Notes: generated by a model not told the origin, from the letters alone. Positions 1 to 10,685 are shown, counted from the first letter of the stretch. The stretch is DNA of 64,000 nucleotides from an uncultured Candidatus Saccharibacteria bacterium (GCA_964394925.1 CAYMZG010000001.1:131656-195655); one strand, 5' to 3'. Translations and numbers: made by a program.

Positions 1-125
1 ACGGGTAGATCCGGGTTGCCCAGCTGCCATTCATTGGCAACCTCGAGGGTGTTGCCGACGGCGAAAACCAGTCCTTCATGACGTAACTCTGAATCAATAT
101 CAAACTCACCAGCTCGTCTACTCAT
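1..125 (-). CDS. hypothetical protein, 5' part only (gene runs off the left edge)
   Basis: ATG at 125..123 opens the frame MSRRAGEFDIDSELRHEGLVFAVGNTLEVANEWQLGNPDLP, which stays open to position 1. No motif recognised. Confidence 0.3.
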   Translation of the reverse strand, partial: MSRRAGEFDIDSELRHEGLVFAVGNTLEVANEWQLGNPDLP

Positions 126-282
126 ATGTGTGAACCCCTCCCCAAAGATTCATCACCCGTCTCTTCATACTCTTTATTTTGTAGAAGAATATGGTTTTAG
201 TGTAATGCTTGATTGGCATTTCGTAAAAGGTAAAAAATGCTACGATTTGCTATCTGTCATGAAGTGAGCTACGCTGGCAGCT

Positions 283-1107
283 GTGAAAACAATTGCTATC
301 CAGGGCCAAGCCGGCTCCTTCCACGACATTGCTGCGCGCCAGTTCTTCGGCGATGACATCAGCATTGTGTCCTGCGAAACCTTCGGTGGAACCTTTGCCG
401 CGTTGAAGCATACCGACCTTGCAGTTGTTGCCATTGAGAACTCGCTTTTTGGCTCGATCAACAAAGTGTACGATCTATTGTTAAAAGAAGATTGCTGGAT
501 AATTGGCGAGGTTTACTTGCGAATTGAGCAATGCCTGATTGGTTGGCCGAGTACCAAATTACCAGAAATTGCCGAAGTCCACTCGCAACTTGAGGCGCTT
601 GCCCAATGCGAAGAGTACCTCGACGGTGTCTTGCCACATGCCAAGCGAATTGAGCGCCATGATACTGCAGCGAGTGTTGCAGATGTTCGGGCATGGAATG
701 ACCCTTCGAAGGTTGCCATCGCTTCTCGAGCCGCAGCCGCATTGCACGGACTCAACATCCTCGCAGCAGAAATCGAAACAAATAAACAAAACTATACTCG
801 CTTTGTTGTACTTCAAAAACAACGCAGCAAGATAGATGATGCTAATAAAACATCTTTGGTACTGCGTACCGACGCCGACACAAAATCAGGCGCCCTTCAC
901 CATGCCCTTGGCGTCTTTGCGAAACGTGGCATAAACATAACCATGCTTCACTCAAGACCAGTTATTGGCAAAGCATGGCACTACATGTTTTACATCGATC
1001 TCGATACCCCATATGACGACAGATTTAAGACAGTTGAACAGGAGCTGCTCAATCAGGGCTGTTCGGTTACTGTCCTCGGCAGCTATATTGCCAACAATCA
1101 ACGCTAG
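283..1107 (+). CDS. pheA: prephenate dehydratase (PDT domain plus C-terminal ACT domain)
   Basis: 274-aa ORF with a GTG start. N-terminus IAIQGQAGSFHDIAA, TRF motif (NYTRFVVL) and an ACT-like tail (GALHHALGVFAKRGINITMLHSRP) are typical of PheA. Confidence 0.85.
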   Translation: MKTIAIQGQAGSFHDIAARQFFGDDISIVSCETFGGTFAALKHTDLAVVAIENSLFGSINKVYDLLLKEDCWIIGEVYLRIEQCLIGWPSTKLPEIAEVHSQLEALAQCEEYLDGVLPHAKRIERHDTAASVADVRAWNDPSKVAIASRAAAALHGLNILAAEIETNKQNYTRFVVLQKQRSKIDDANKTSLVLRTDADTKSGALHHALGVFAKRGINITMLHSRPVIGKAWHYMFYIDLDTPYDDRFKTVEQELLNQGCSVTVLGSYIANNQR

Positions 1108-1808
1108 CCGAGCAGGCTGCTAAAGATACTATGGAAAAAATTCAGGGTTGCGTGTGCCGTAACAAAAACCAGCACCAGACCAACGATACTTAGCACCGAG
1201 CCCACAATAAATATCAGCGCATCATCGAGAATTAAGGCCAAACTAATGGTTACCGCTGCCAGTGAGGGCACGGTATCGAGCCCAGAGAATGGCGGCGCCA
1301 GAGCTGCCGCCAAGGCGAGCAAGAAGAATAATACGCCCGTAAATACATAGGTAACTCGGTGGTTAATAACGCTACCGAAGCGCGGCCGCGAAAACCGCTC
1401 AAACCAGCGAATCTGCTTAATCATGAGCGGTATTGCTTTACCGGTTAAAACGTTGCCTAATGGGCGTCTCAGAATTTTCTTCGGCAACCAAATACTTCGT
1501 CTACCAAAGATCATTTCGAGCGCCAATAGCATCACGATTAGCTCAAAGATATGCGTTATACCTCCTGTTGGAATGGGCAAAGCGGGCACAAACATCAGTA
1601 CCAAAATAACAATGGCAAAACTCTTCTCGCCAAAAGTATCAAGCAGGCTCTTGATAGTCTTTGGCTGTTTATCTTTGAGCCAACGTTCAAGCTGTACGCT
1701 AAATGGTTGTGTCATGCCTTCATAGTACATGAAAAGCCTGTGCCTGGCCTGTACAGGGAGCATCATATACCTGTAAAACCTAAAGCATTTTACAAATCTT
1801 ATTGACAT
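1104..1808 (-). CDS. ExoD-family (exopolysaccharide synthesis) membrane protein
   Basis: Pattern LLDTFGEKSFAIVILVLMFVPALPIPTGG...GRRSIWLPKKILRRPL followed by two more TM segments matches the ExoD family layout. The first 31 codons look non-native, so the true start is more likely the ATG at 1715 (MTQPFSVQLERW). Confidence 0.6.
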   Translation of the reverse strand: MSIRFVKCFRFYRYMMLPVQARHRLFMYYEGMTQPFSVQLERWLKDKQPKTIKSLLDTFGEKSFAIVILVLMFVPALPIPTGGITHIFELIVMLLALEMIFGRRSIWLPKKILRRPLGNVLTGKAIPLMIKQIRWFERFSRPRFGSVINHRVTYVFTGVLFFLLALAAALAPPFSGLDTVPSLAAVTISLALILDDALIFIVGSVLSIVGLVLVFVTAHATLNFFHSIFSSLLG

Positions 1809-1829
1809 TTTGGCAATTAGGTGTATTAT
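1802..1829 (+). promoter_or_regulatory. sigma70-like promoter (TTGACA-16-TATTAT)
   Basis: TTGACA at 1802..1807 and TATTAT at 1824..1829 with a 16-nt spacer, 27 nt upstream of the small ORF at 1856. Confidence 0.4.
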
Positions 1830-1855
1830 GACCTCAGATAAATTGTGGGGCGGCC

Positions 1856-2005
1856 ATGTTAGAGCAACTCATCGTGCTAGGGCAAATTCCTGGCACAACC
1901 ATTCAACTTAATTTTGTACAGGTACTGGCGATGATCTTGTCGGTAGGAGCAGTTTTTTACGCTCAACGAGAACTACGTCGTGCCTACACCAGCAAGCAAC
2001 AGTAA
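1856..2005 (+). CDS. small hypothetical membrane protein (49 aa, below the ORF-track cutoff)
   Basis: ATG at 1856 gives MLEQLIVLGQIPGTTIQLNFVQVLAMILSVGAVFYAQRELRRAYTSKQQ, ending in TAA at 2003..2005. It has one hydrophobic helix and a near-consensus promoter just upstream. No clear SD. Confidence 0.3.
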   Translation: MLEQLIVLGQIPGTTIQLNFVQVLAMILSVGAVFYAQRELRRAYTSKQQ

Positions 2006-2036
2006 CTTTTCTAGCGCTGTGTTACCGTACAGCCAG

Positions 2037-3476
2037 TTATTCGCTAAATGGCAGAATACTTTGTCCGTATAGCTGCAACTCCTCAAGTAAGTAACGTTGC
2101 TGATCACTGAGATCGCTGCGTTCAGCCAGCTGTGCCAGGCGTTCAAAGTATTTGGCAGCCCGGCTGTCGCCTTTGCCATCCATCAAACGACGCTCCTTGA
2201 AACGTTCCCATTCACTGCGTTCTTCGTCACTCAAACTAATCGGGTAGTTGCGCGCTTTATACAGAGGTAGTAATGCCTGCAAGCGCTCATCTTCAAAGGC
2301 GGGCAGTGGTTCTGAGAGCTGTGCAATTGAAGCGGCACGAACCACCCGCATGGCTTGTTTATCTTTAGGGCCAACGAAGTTGTCATAAAGCCGAGCATCA
2401 ACGTCCAGACTATCTTGCATGAGACGCATCTGCTGCTCTTTATCGAGGAGCAACACAGCCTCACGGACGCGTTTGCAGAAATCCGGATTGCCCTGAATAA
2501 TCTGGTGGTGTTTTTGAATCTTCGCCAGGTCTACCTGCAAGCGCTGCCGGTTCTCTTCGTTCAAAACTCCGAGTGGTGCTAAGGCGGGACAGCGATTAAA
2601 TTGCAGGGTTTTTAATGGAATGCGCGGGTGTGGGCATGGGCGCTCTTTACAGAAATGCTTCCAACGCTTGGCGATTTCACCAGGTGCCAGCTCAAGGTAA
2701 TCCGATGGATCGTAGCGCAGGTCAAAGACCACCGAACCCGAGCCATGTTGATCTTCGCAAACCGCTGTTACGACAGTGGTTTTTTCATACTCAGCTGCGT
2801 ACTTGCCACTCGTGTAAACGAACGGCCGCGAGCTACTTACAAATGTTTCGACCGCTTTTTTGCTGCGCATTTTCAGCAAATGTGCGAACAACTTTGGTTG
2901 TTTGTCTTGTATGAGCTTGGCAATGGCAATGGTAGCGTTAACGTCACTCAGCGCATCATGGGCATGGGCATGATCCAATTTATTAACAGAAGTGAGTAAT
3001 TCAAGCCGATTACTTGGCTTGCCACTGCTGTCAAACGGCCATTTAATGCCGTCTGGCCGCAGTGCTCGGGTCATGCGAACCACGTCGAGCATATCCCAGC
3101 GACCACGATTATCGGCCCAGTGCCACTCATAGGCATCATAATAGTTTCGGTAATGCAGGAAGCGCATAAACTCATCGTCGAACCGAATGGTGTTATAACC
3201 AACAAAAATCGTGTCCGGGGTGGCTATTTCTTCGTGAAATAGTTTAAGGAAGGCCGCTTCACTGATGCCCTCGCTCAGCGTCATCTGGGGCGTAATGCCC
3301 GTAAGCAGTACTGCATCTGGATCGGGGAGGATGTCTTCTGTTAGTTTGATCAGTACGTTGTATGGTTCACCAATAGGGTTGAGATACATGTCAGTGCGTT
3401 GTCCAGCAAACTGCATAATGCGCTGTTCGCGAGGACTAAAACCAGATGTTTCTAGATCATAGAAGAAAAATGTCAT
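2037..3476 (-). CDS. sbcB: exodeoxyribonuclease I
   Basis: 479 aa. DEDDh exonuclease motifs: FYDLETSG (Exo I), GYNTIRFDDEF (Exo II) and HDALSDV (Exo III). The long C-terminal SH3-like/helical region is as in E. coli SbcB. Confidence 0.85.
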   Translation of the reverse strand: MTFFFYDLETSGFSPREQRIMQFAGQRTDMYLNPIGEPYNVLIKLTEDILPDPDAVLLTGITPQMTLSEGISEAAFLKLFHEEIATPDTIFVGYNTIRFDDEFMRFLHYRNYYDAYEWHWADNRGRWDMLDVVRMTRALRPDGIKWPFDSSGKPSNRLELLTSVNKLDHAHAHDALSDVNATIAIAKLIQDKQPKLFAHLLKMRSKKAVETFVSSSRPFVYTSGKYAAEYEKTTVVTAVCEDQHGSGSVVFDLRYDPSDYLELAPGEIAKRWKHFCKERPCPHPRIPLKTLQFNRCPALAPLGVLNEENRQRLQVDLAKIQKHHQIIQGNPDFCKRVREAVLLLDKEQQMRLMQDSLDVDARLYDNFVGPKDKQAMRVVRAASIAQLSEPLPAFEDERLQALLPLYKARNYPISLSDEERSEWERFKERRLMDGKGDSRAAKYFERLAQLAERSDLSDQQRYLLEELQLYGQSILPFSE

Positions 3477-3485
3477 GATGGGGCG

Positions 3486-4763
<1,278 letters not shown>

Positions 4764-4770
4764 TTACAGT

Positions 4771-5934
4771 CTAGTAGATGAACTTGTAGTTACCAAATTC
4801 ACTTGCTGGAACATCTCGATAGGTTACATGGCCCCAAATCGGATAATTCATATCTGACACGTGTATTGAACCATCAGCGTTGATACTCTCTACGAAGGCC
4901 ACGTGACCAAGACCACCCATGCGGGCGTGCCATAAAACAGCGCCGGCAGCAGGCGTATCGCCGACAGGCATGCCCATGTTTTTTGCAATGTAATACCAGC
5001 TGATGGCATTGCCAAGATTACTTGGAATTGGACGACCAATTTCGCGACGACGATTAGCTGCATGCCAAGTACACCAGCCATAATCATAACCATTGGCACT
5101 GTAAACAGGTGCACTACCACCCCATGCAAAACCAGCACTGTAGTAGTTGGAGGCCGCCACAGGCGCCGATTGCACCACCCCGCCAGGTATGAGAATTGTA
5201 TCTCCAGGCGTTAAACCACTAATTTCAGCATCGTTAGTGGATACGATTTGGTTCTCATCGGCAGTAAATTTCTGGGCCAACGACTTTGGCGTGTCGCCAC
5301 GAGCTACGGTATACACAACACCATTCACACCAGCTGGTGGCAGTTTTAGTGTTTTGCCTGGCGCAATTGTATTCCCCGTTATGCCATTACTCCATTTAAT
5401 GCTGTCTGATGTCACACCAAACTTTGTAGCGATGCTACTGAGCGTGTCGCCAGGCTGCGTGGTGTAAGTGCGGATGTCCTTTTTGCTCGCCAAAGCAGTT
5501 GAAACGACTTGTGGTTTCGCGATCACACTCGTGTCAGCTGGCGCAACCGCTTCGGTGGCACTCACCGTATCGGCGTGATTCACTACTGAGTTTGACTCAG
5601 GGAGGCCAACTGTGCGAGCGATGTGCACGGCAATATCGGCCGATGACACTTGGTCGAGCGGACCAGCTACGGCAGTTTCAGTATCCGAAGGAGTAACGGT
5701 TGCAGTATTGCGGGCAGCCGATTTACTGGACGCGGGTGCTTTGACCACAAAAAAGGTGACAACTCCGAGCAGCACTACATTCGCAGCAACGACCCCATAG
5801 CGAATAATCTGCTTGCGGTTACGTGCATAGAAGCGGCGTAGATTACGACGTGTTTGCGACTTAGTTTTGCTGGCAGGTAGCCGACGGCTCACTGCTTGCG
5901 TAGAATTACGAATAAAGGTCTCCGGCCCATGCAT
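4771..5934 (-). CDS. secreted or anchored peptidoglycan hydrolase with two LysM domains and a C-terminal CHAP domain
   Basis: N-terminal TM (IIRYGVVAANVVLLGVVTFFVV). LysM repeats YTTQPGDTLSSIATKFGV...KLPP and YTVARGDTPKSLAQKF...ILIPG. CHAP-like Cys/His region (GWCTWHAANRR...GHVAFVESI). Confidence 0.85.
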   Translation of the reverse strand: MHGPETFIRNSTQAVSRRLPASKTKSQTRRNLRRFYARNRKQIIRYGVVAANVVLLGVVTFFVVKAPASSKSAARNTATVTPSDTETAVAGPLDQVSSADIAVHIARTVGLPESNSVVNHADTVSATEAVAPADTSVIAKPQVVSTALASKKDIRTYTTQPGDTLSSIATKFGVTSDSIKWSNGITGNTIAPGKTLKLPPAGVNGVVYTVARGDTPKSLAQKFTADENQIVSTNDAEISGLTPGDTILIPGGVVQSAPVAASNYYSAGFAWGGSAPVYSANGYDYGWCTWHAANRRREIGRPIPSNLGNAISWYYIAKNMGMPVGDTPAAGAVLWHARMGGLGHVAFVESINADGSIHVSDMNYPIWGHVTYRDVPASEFGNYKFIY

Positions 5935-6071
5935 AGATGGGCAGCTCCGTTACTGGTTCTTAGTTGCAATTGTAAGGAGTTCGACCACCTTACTTACGTA
6001 CACACTTGCAATAACAGAGGTAACTCATCATTTTACCCCTGTTACGAGTAAACGTCTGAGTTACAGCTGCC

Positions 6072-6100
6072 AGTATAGCAAAAAAACAACCACCAAACAA
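6072..6100 (-). promoter_or_regulatory. sigma70-like promoter (TTGTTT-17-TATACT) for the LysM-CHAP gene
   Basis: On the minus strand, TTGTTT is at 6100..6095 and TATACT at 6077..6072 with a 17-nt spacer. This implies a leader of about 130 nt to the ATG at 5934. Confidence 0.4.
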
Positions 6101-6145
6101 GTTCTGTACATAGAAGTTACCTCTGTAAAAGCTCACAAAAACGAC

Positions 6146-7201
6146 TTACTGACAGAGTTTTTTGCAGTATTGACGCGTCAGAGCTTCATGCTCATCATTG
6201 GTGTGCGAAAAGTAGGTATTGCCATCGTCACCGGCTACAAAATACAGATAATCTGTGCCTGCAGGGCTCGCTACGGCCTGGAGTGACGCCTGAGACACGT
6301 TACTGATCGGGCCCGGTGGCATACCGGCATGGATTCGCGTATTGTACGGTGAGTCATAGCCAACTGTCGGTGCCTGACCGGCCTTGATCGCTCCATAAAA
6401 CGCCGTTACGTCCGAACCGAGCGGCATGCCTTTCTTTAAGCGCAGTAGGAATACTTGAGCAACGGTTGGCTTATCTGTTTTTTTACTAACCTCTTGCTCA
6501 ACTATCGAGGCCAGAATGACCCCCTCATGTACCGTTAGCCCCTGTTTTGACATCGCTGCTCGTATTTCAGGTGTCAGGTGCTTCTGCATCTCGTCTAAGG
6601 AAGCACGAACAATTGTTTCCGGCTTCGTATCTGCCGTTTTTTCATAGGAATCTGGGTAGAGATAGCCTTCCAGGCTTGCCTTTGTCGGTTTGTCCGCAAG
6701 GGCTGGGTGATCAGCATACTGCGCTGGGTCAAGAGCTTTATCAACCGCCTCAGCTGAATAGCCACCATTGTTAATTAGTGACTCTCGGATCTGGTCAAGG
6801 CGTTGCCCAGGCAAAATAGTAATCAGGTCTGTTTCAACCTTACCGTGTGTCAATGTGGTAATAATCTCGGGGATAGACTGATTCGGTCGCAAAGCGTAGG
6901 TGCCAGCCTGTAACTTATCGCGTAAATTGTGATTACGTACATACCATTCAAAGGCCCAAGACGCTCGGATAAGCCCAGCAGCCTGTAGTTTAGCGGCAAT
7001 CTCCTTCGCAGACGCACCAAGTGGGACGGTCACCGTCACCGCACGCTGCGAGGCACTAACGGGCTTGAGATTGTTGTAGTAGGTTTGTCGGATAACTACC
7101 ACTGAGGCGACTAAGCCAATAATGATAACCACTAAGGCAATCAACCAAACCTTGCGCCAGCGGCTCGTTTTGCTAGAACCTATGGAGTAACCGCTCATCA
7201 T
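6146..7201 (-). CDS. mltG: endolytic murein transglycosylase MltG (YceG-like)
   Basis: 351 aa. N-terminal TM, then a YceG-like domain (FEWYVRN..LQAGTY, LEGYLYPDSY, ILASIVEQE, YNTRIHAGMPPGPISN). Confidence 0.9.
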   Translation of the reverse strand: MMSGYSIGSSKTSRWRKVWLIALVVIIIGLVASVVVIRQTYYNNLKPVSASQRAVTVTVPLGASAKEIAAKLQAAGLIRASWAFEWYVRNHNLRDKLQAGTYALRPNQSIPEIITTLTHGKVETDLITILPGQRLDQIRESLINNGGYSAEAVDKALDPAQYADHPALADKPTKASLEGYLYPDSYEKTADTKPETIVRASLDEMQKHLTPEIRAAMSKQGLTVHEGVILASIVEQEVSKKTDKPTVAQVFLLRLKKGMPLGSDVTAFYGAIKAGQAPTVGYDSPYNTRIHAGMPPGPISNVSQASLQAVASPAGTDYLYFVAGDDGNTYFSHTNDEHEALTRQYCKKLCQ

Positions 7202-7638
7202 GCATCTCCTGCCACGGTAGCTGGATGTGTAGCCAGATAGTCTTCAAGGATCAAACGGGCTGCCTGGGCGTCTATGTCACCTTTGGCGTACGGTTTGCCG
7301 CCCTCTTTGAGAAGCCGCTCAGCCTCGCGTGATGTTAGTGCCTCGTCTTGCCATGCAACTTGAACCGAGAAGCGTTCGGTAAGTTCTTTAGCAAAGGCTT
7401 CGACTGCCGTTGTTTGTTGCGTCGCTTCGCCACTCAGATTGCGTGGTAAACCAACCACCACCGTCGATATTTCATATTCATTCAAAACGGCCTGCAAACG
7501 TTCCCAAAAGTCAGTGGTTGGACGCTCAAGAGTATCTAGTACGGTGGCTATGCGAACCTCAGCTCGTGCCAAAGCCACCCCCACGCGCTGCTCGCCTACG
7601 TCTAGTGCAATCAGATTAGTTCCCATTGGCCTGTTCAA
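7198..7638 (-). CDS. ruvX: Holliday-junction resolvase-like nuclease RuvX/YqgF
   Basis: 146 aa. LIALDVGEQRVGVALA start and VVVGLPRNLSGE motif. Overlaps mltG by 4 nt. Confidence 0.9.
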   Translation of the reverse strand: MNRPMGTNLIALDVGEQRVGVALARAEVRIATVLDTLERPTTDFWERLQAVLNEYEISTVVVGLPRNLSGEATQQTTAVEAFAKELTERFSVQVAWQDEALTSREAERLLKEGGKPYAKGDIDAQAARLILEDYLATHPATVAGDA

Positions 7639-9352
7639 ATACGATCGTTATATGCTTAGTATTCTTCGGTGTCGACACTACCCAAAACGGACTATATGAA
7701 ACATTCACTTCTTTGATACCAGGGCGACTCAAAATAATGCTTTGTGTTTCACCCTTCTTCTTACCTGCAACTTCTTTCTTGATTCCTTCGGCATCGAGCT
7801 GTGGGCCGGCCACCACCAACGTCTGAAGCTGGAAGGTTACACCGCTGGCCGTCTTGTTCTCGGTCGTCCGAATTACAGCTTTGCTCAGACCATTGTCTTG
7901 AATTACTTGCTTGCTGGTATCGATTTGTTTTTTGGCATTAGCCTCAACGATCTGTTTAAGATCATCAGTTTTTACACCAAGCTCACTAAACGTTGTGGCG
8001 ACATTTACTGTGACTTGCTCGGCGGGCTCGCCCACGTTTGGTGAACTTGTAACAGTTGGCTGGCTGGCGCTAAAGGTATCAGTTAACGGAACCATACCAG
8101 CATCGGTAAACTGCTTCTTCAACTCATCTTGTGCAGCCGCGGTACTTCGATCAATGGCTTTTTGCTTGGCGCCATCTACGTCTTGTTGACTCACAACTTT
8201 TGTCATTTTAGTGGTACCACCACTCATGTTTGAGCCATTAGCCAAAACATCTGGGAATGAGCCGGACGTATAGCTACGAGTTGATACATTGTATTGATCG
8301 CCTGGTTGACCAGCGGTTACGCTAACAGTCTTTGATACATCTTTTTTACACACACCACCCCCGGTGAAGTTACTTGCCGGAACATCTACTGCGTCATTCG
8401 TAACGAAGCTCAAACCATTGTTTGAGAAAGCCGTTCCCGCAGGAACACTGACCGAGTCGTTGTTATTATTCGGACAGTAGGTAAGTGTCATGGAGCCTGT
8501 TGCCTTGGTGCCATCATTACGCTGCCCAGTGGCGGGGGCTTTTTCAGTCTCAGTTTTTTTAACCTCTTTGTTGGTGGCTGGCACAATCTTCTTCTCAACG
8601 TCCACTGTTTTGGTATCAGTGCTAGCCGTTAACGTTAGATCGGTATTTACGGTGGTTGTGTCGGTCTTGATGGTAATTTTTGCCTTGGGTAACACGAATA
8701 AAGCGAAGTAGCCACCGACCAACAGCGCTATGACTGCGGCGATGCCCACAAAGAGCATCATGCGAAAGCGATCAAAATTAGGCACTTTTACCTTGTTTTT
8801 CTTGTTTTTCTTACCCTTCTTGTTTTTAACATCCTTGCCACTGGTATTAGTCTCGGTCTTGGCTGCTTTATCGTTATCCAGATCGACCGTATCTTCCGCG
8901 TCTGGTATCTCTTCATCGCTCGAGGCATATGAATTGGCCGTGGACTCGTTACGTTTCCGTGAGGCCCGTGAAGCGGCTGCAGCACCCGCGGCCGCTCCAG
9001 CCACTGCAGCTGCCGAAGAAGCATCTTCTTCGCTGGGCTCAGGTTGCGCTTCAGCAGCTTGCGGAGGCACGGGGATTTCAGGCTTACTTTGTGGGGTTTT
9101 GGCAACGAACATGCCAACTGCCCCAGCTATTGGCAACAGGTTAGGATCAGACGTCACAAGAACAACATTCTTTTTGGCGTCATTGGCTGTTTTTTGTAAC
9201 AATTTCAGGTTAACAACCGACTGCATTGTTGAAGATCGTTTTGGCAATACAAGAGCAACAACCTTGGCGCTCGAATCGCGAACTTTCTCTATAATAGCCG
9301 TGATTTCATCTTCGGCATCAATGTAAATAGTGTCTTTACTCGGCTCGCTCAT
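7616..9352 (-). CDS. hypothetical bitopic membrane protein (small cytoplasmic N-domain, low-complexity linker, TM, large extracytoplasmic Thr/Val-rich domain)
   Basis: 578-aa ORF overlapping the FtsA-like gene by 4 nt and ruvX by 23 nt. TM is MMLFVGIAAVIALLVGGYFALFVL. No family recognised. Confidence 0.6.
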   Translation of the reverse strand: MSEPSKDTIYIDAEDEITAIIEKVRDSSAKVVALVLPKRSSTMQSVVNLKLLQKTANDAKKNVVLVTSDPNLLPIAGAVGMFVAKTPQSKPEIPVPPQAAEAQPEPSEEDASSAAAVAGAAAGAAAASRASRKRNESTANSYASSDEEIPDAEDTVDLDNDKAAKTETNTSGKDVKNKKGKKNKKNKVKVPNFDRFRMMLFVGIAAVIALLVGGYFALFVLPKAKITIKTDTTTVNTDLTLTASTDTKTVDVEKKIVPATNKEVKKTETEKAPATGQRNDGTKATGSMTLTYCPNNNNDSVSVPAGTAFSNNGLSFVTNDAVDVPASNFTGGGVCKKDVSKTVSVTAGQPGDQYNVSTRSYTSGSFPDVLANGSNMSGGTTKMTKVVSQQDVDGAKQKAIDRSTAAAQDELKKQFTDAGMVPLTDTFSASQPTVTSSPNVGEPAEQVTVNVATTFSELGVKTDDLKQIVEANAKKQIDTSKQVIQDNGLSKAVIRTTENKTASGVTFQLQTLVVAGPQLDAEGIKKEVAGKKKGETQSIILSRPGIKEVNVSYSPFWVVSTPKNTKHITIVFEQANGN

Positions 9353-10662
9353 ATCTGCAGCATCCGATCTAGCCGTTGTTTAATGGAACCTGTTTTGTCA
9401 TTGGCCTCAACTTGAATTGTGTCGAGGCCAACCCGCAGCAACCCCATAGCCGTAATATAGGTATGATCGTTTACCATGCCGGTGCGGTCCACGATTCCTA
9501 CTACTTCTTTTGGCTGAATGTGCTTTACCTCCGGGCGTCGTGTGAACGGTAGCTCGCGGTACCACTGACCCTGCTCGAGCTTGTCCATAAGCATATCCAG
9601 CGACGAACCGCCGCCACACAACAGTACTTGGTGAGGCAAATGATCGAGCATGGTGAATTCCCCCAAGGCGAGTTCGATGCCACTCACCCAAACATCGAGT
9701 GTTTTCTCGAGAGCACGACGTACCGACATCGCCTTGTGCGATGGCAGATGGCCACTATTCAGATCAAGCTTCAAGGCTTCGGCCTCTTTAAAGGGTACGC
9801 TCAGTTCACGCTCGACGGCCCTGGTGTAAGCACGACCACCAATGCCAAACATCTTGGTGCCTTGCACACCACCATCATGCAATACCGCGATATCGGTGGT
9901 ACCACCACCGACGTCCATTAAAACGGCGTTCATGCTGGCGTTTGGATCATTGCCAATAACTGACCGTGCTACCGCAAACGGCTCGGCAGCCACAGCTACT
10001 AAGTCGAGGTCAAGCTCTTGGGCTGTTCGTTCAAGCGCCCCAATGTGAATGAGTGGCGCAAAGGCGGTATACAACTGTACTACAACTTCTTTACCCTGAA
10101 AGCCAATCGGGTTTGTTACTGGGTAGCCATCAATATCAATGCGCACCAACGCACTGTTAACAAGGCGAATTTCCACGTCTTTGCCGCCAAGTTCCCAGGC
10201 AAGCTGTTGCTTGGCCTTTGCCTGAGCACGCTCTTGTACGATGCTAATAATCTGCTCGGTTTCTTCCATATCAAGCTGTTTGTTGGGATTCTTTCGCCGC
10301 ACCCGCACGGTGGTGGTAGTGCCCTTCACGAGCTCACCAGCAATACCAATAACCGCCGTACGCACACTCACGCCAGCCTGCTGTTCAGCTTGGTTCAAAG
10401 CAGCATCACAATTACGAACAACACCCGCAATATCGGCAATGGCACCGGCTTGCATGTCGGTTAGGCTTTGTTGCTCACGCCCCATGCCAATAATAACCAA
10501 ACGATCATCGAGAACTTTGGCAATTAAGGCCTTCACAAATTCGGTACCAATATCAAGTGCAACGATGTACTGATGTTCATCGTCAACCTTCTTACCCCTC
10601 GACAAGGCGGCTGTTTTTACCGCTTTCAATTTGTGTAGCATAATCGTCTTAAAGTATATCAC
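9349..10662 (-). CDS. FtsA-like actin-family ATPase
   Basis: Phosphate-1 VALDIGTEFVKA and phosphate-2 LMDVGGGTTDIAV. The size and the inserted domain between them are as in FtsA. No ftsZ is adjacent, so the family call is firmer than the gene name. Confidence 0.7.
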   Translation of the reverse strand: MIYFKTIMLHKLKAVKTAALSRGKKVDDEHQYIVALDIGTEFVKALIAKVLDDRLVIIGMGREQQSLTDMQAGAIADIAGVVRNCDAALNQAEQQAGVSVRTAVIGIAGELVKGTTTTVRVRRKNPNKQLDMEETEQIISIVQERAQAKAKQQLAWELGGKDVEIRLVNSALVRIDIDGYPVTNPIGFQGKEVVVQLYTAFAPLIHIGALERTAQELDLDLVAVAAEPFAVARSVIGNDPNASMNAVLMDVGGGTTDIAVLHDGGVQGTKMFGIGGRAYTRAVERELSVPFKEAEALKLDLNSGHLPSHKAMSVRRALEKTLDVWVSGIELALGEFTMLDHLPHQVLLCGGGSSLDMLMDKLEQGQWYRELPFTRRPEVKHIQPKEVVGIVDRTGMVNDHTYITAMGLLRVGLDTIQVEANDKTGSIKQRLDRMLQI

Positions 10663-10685
10663 AAACAGGGGCAGAATTAGCTGAG

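Noticed and set aside
1973-2179. 68-aa minus-strand ORF overlapping the sbcB 3' end and the small plus-strand ORF
   Set aside because: It overlaps the sbcB coding region in another frame and has no start context. It is most likely spurious.
5935-6145. Calling the LysM-CHAP leader a c-di-AMP (ydaO-type) riboswitch
   Set aside because: Fragments resemble conserved ydaO segments (CAGCUGUAACUCAGACG, GGGGUAAAAU, CGAACUCC). But they occur in a different order from the consensus I remember, and the pseudo-two-fold architecture is not evident. It is reported only as an unclassified structured leader.
8730-9326. 198-aa plus-strand ORF antisense to the 578-aa membrane-protein gene
   Set aside because: It is a mirror of the low-complexity Ala/Ser/Lys-rich linker on the opposite strand, so it is the expected shadow frame. 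The minus-strand gene is supported by coupling to its neighbours.
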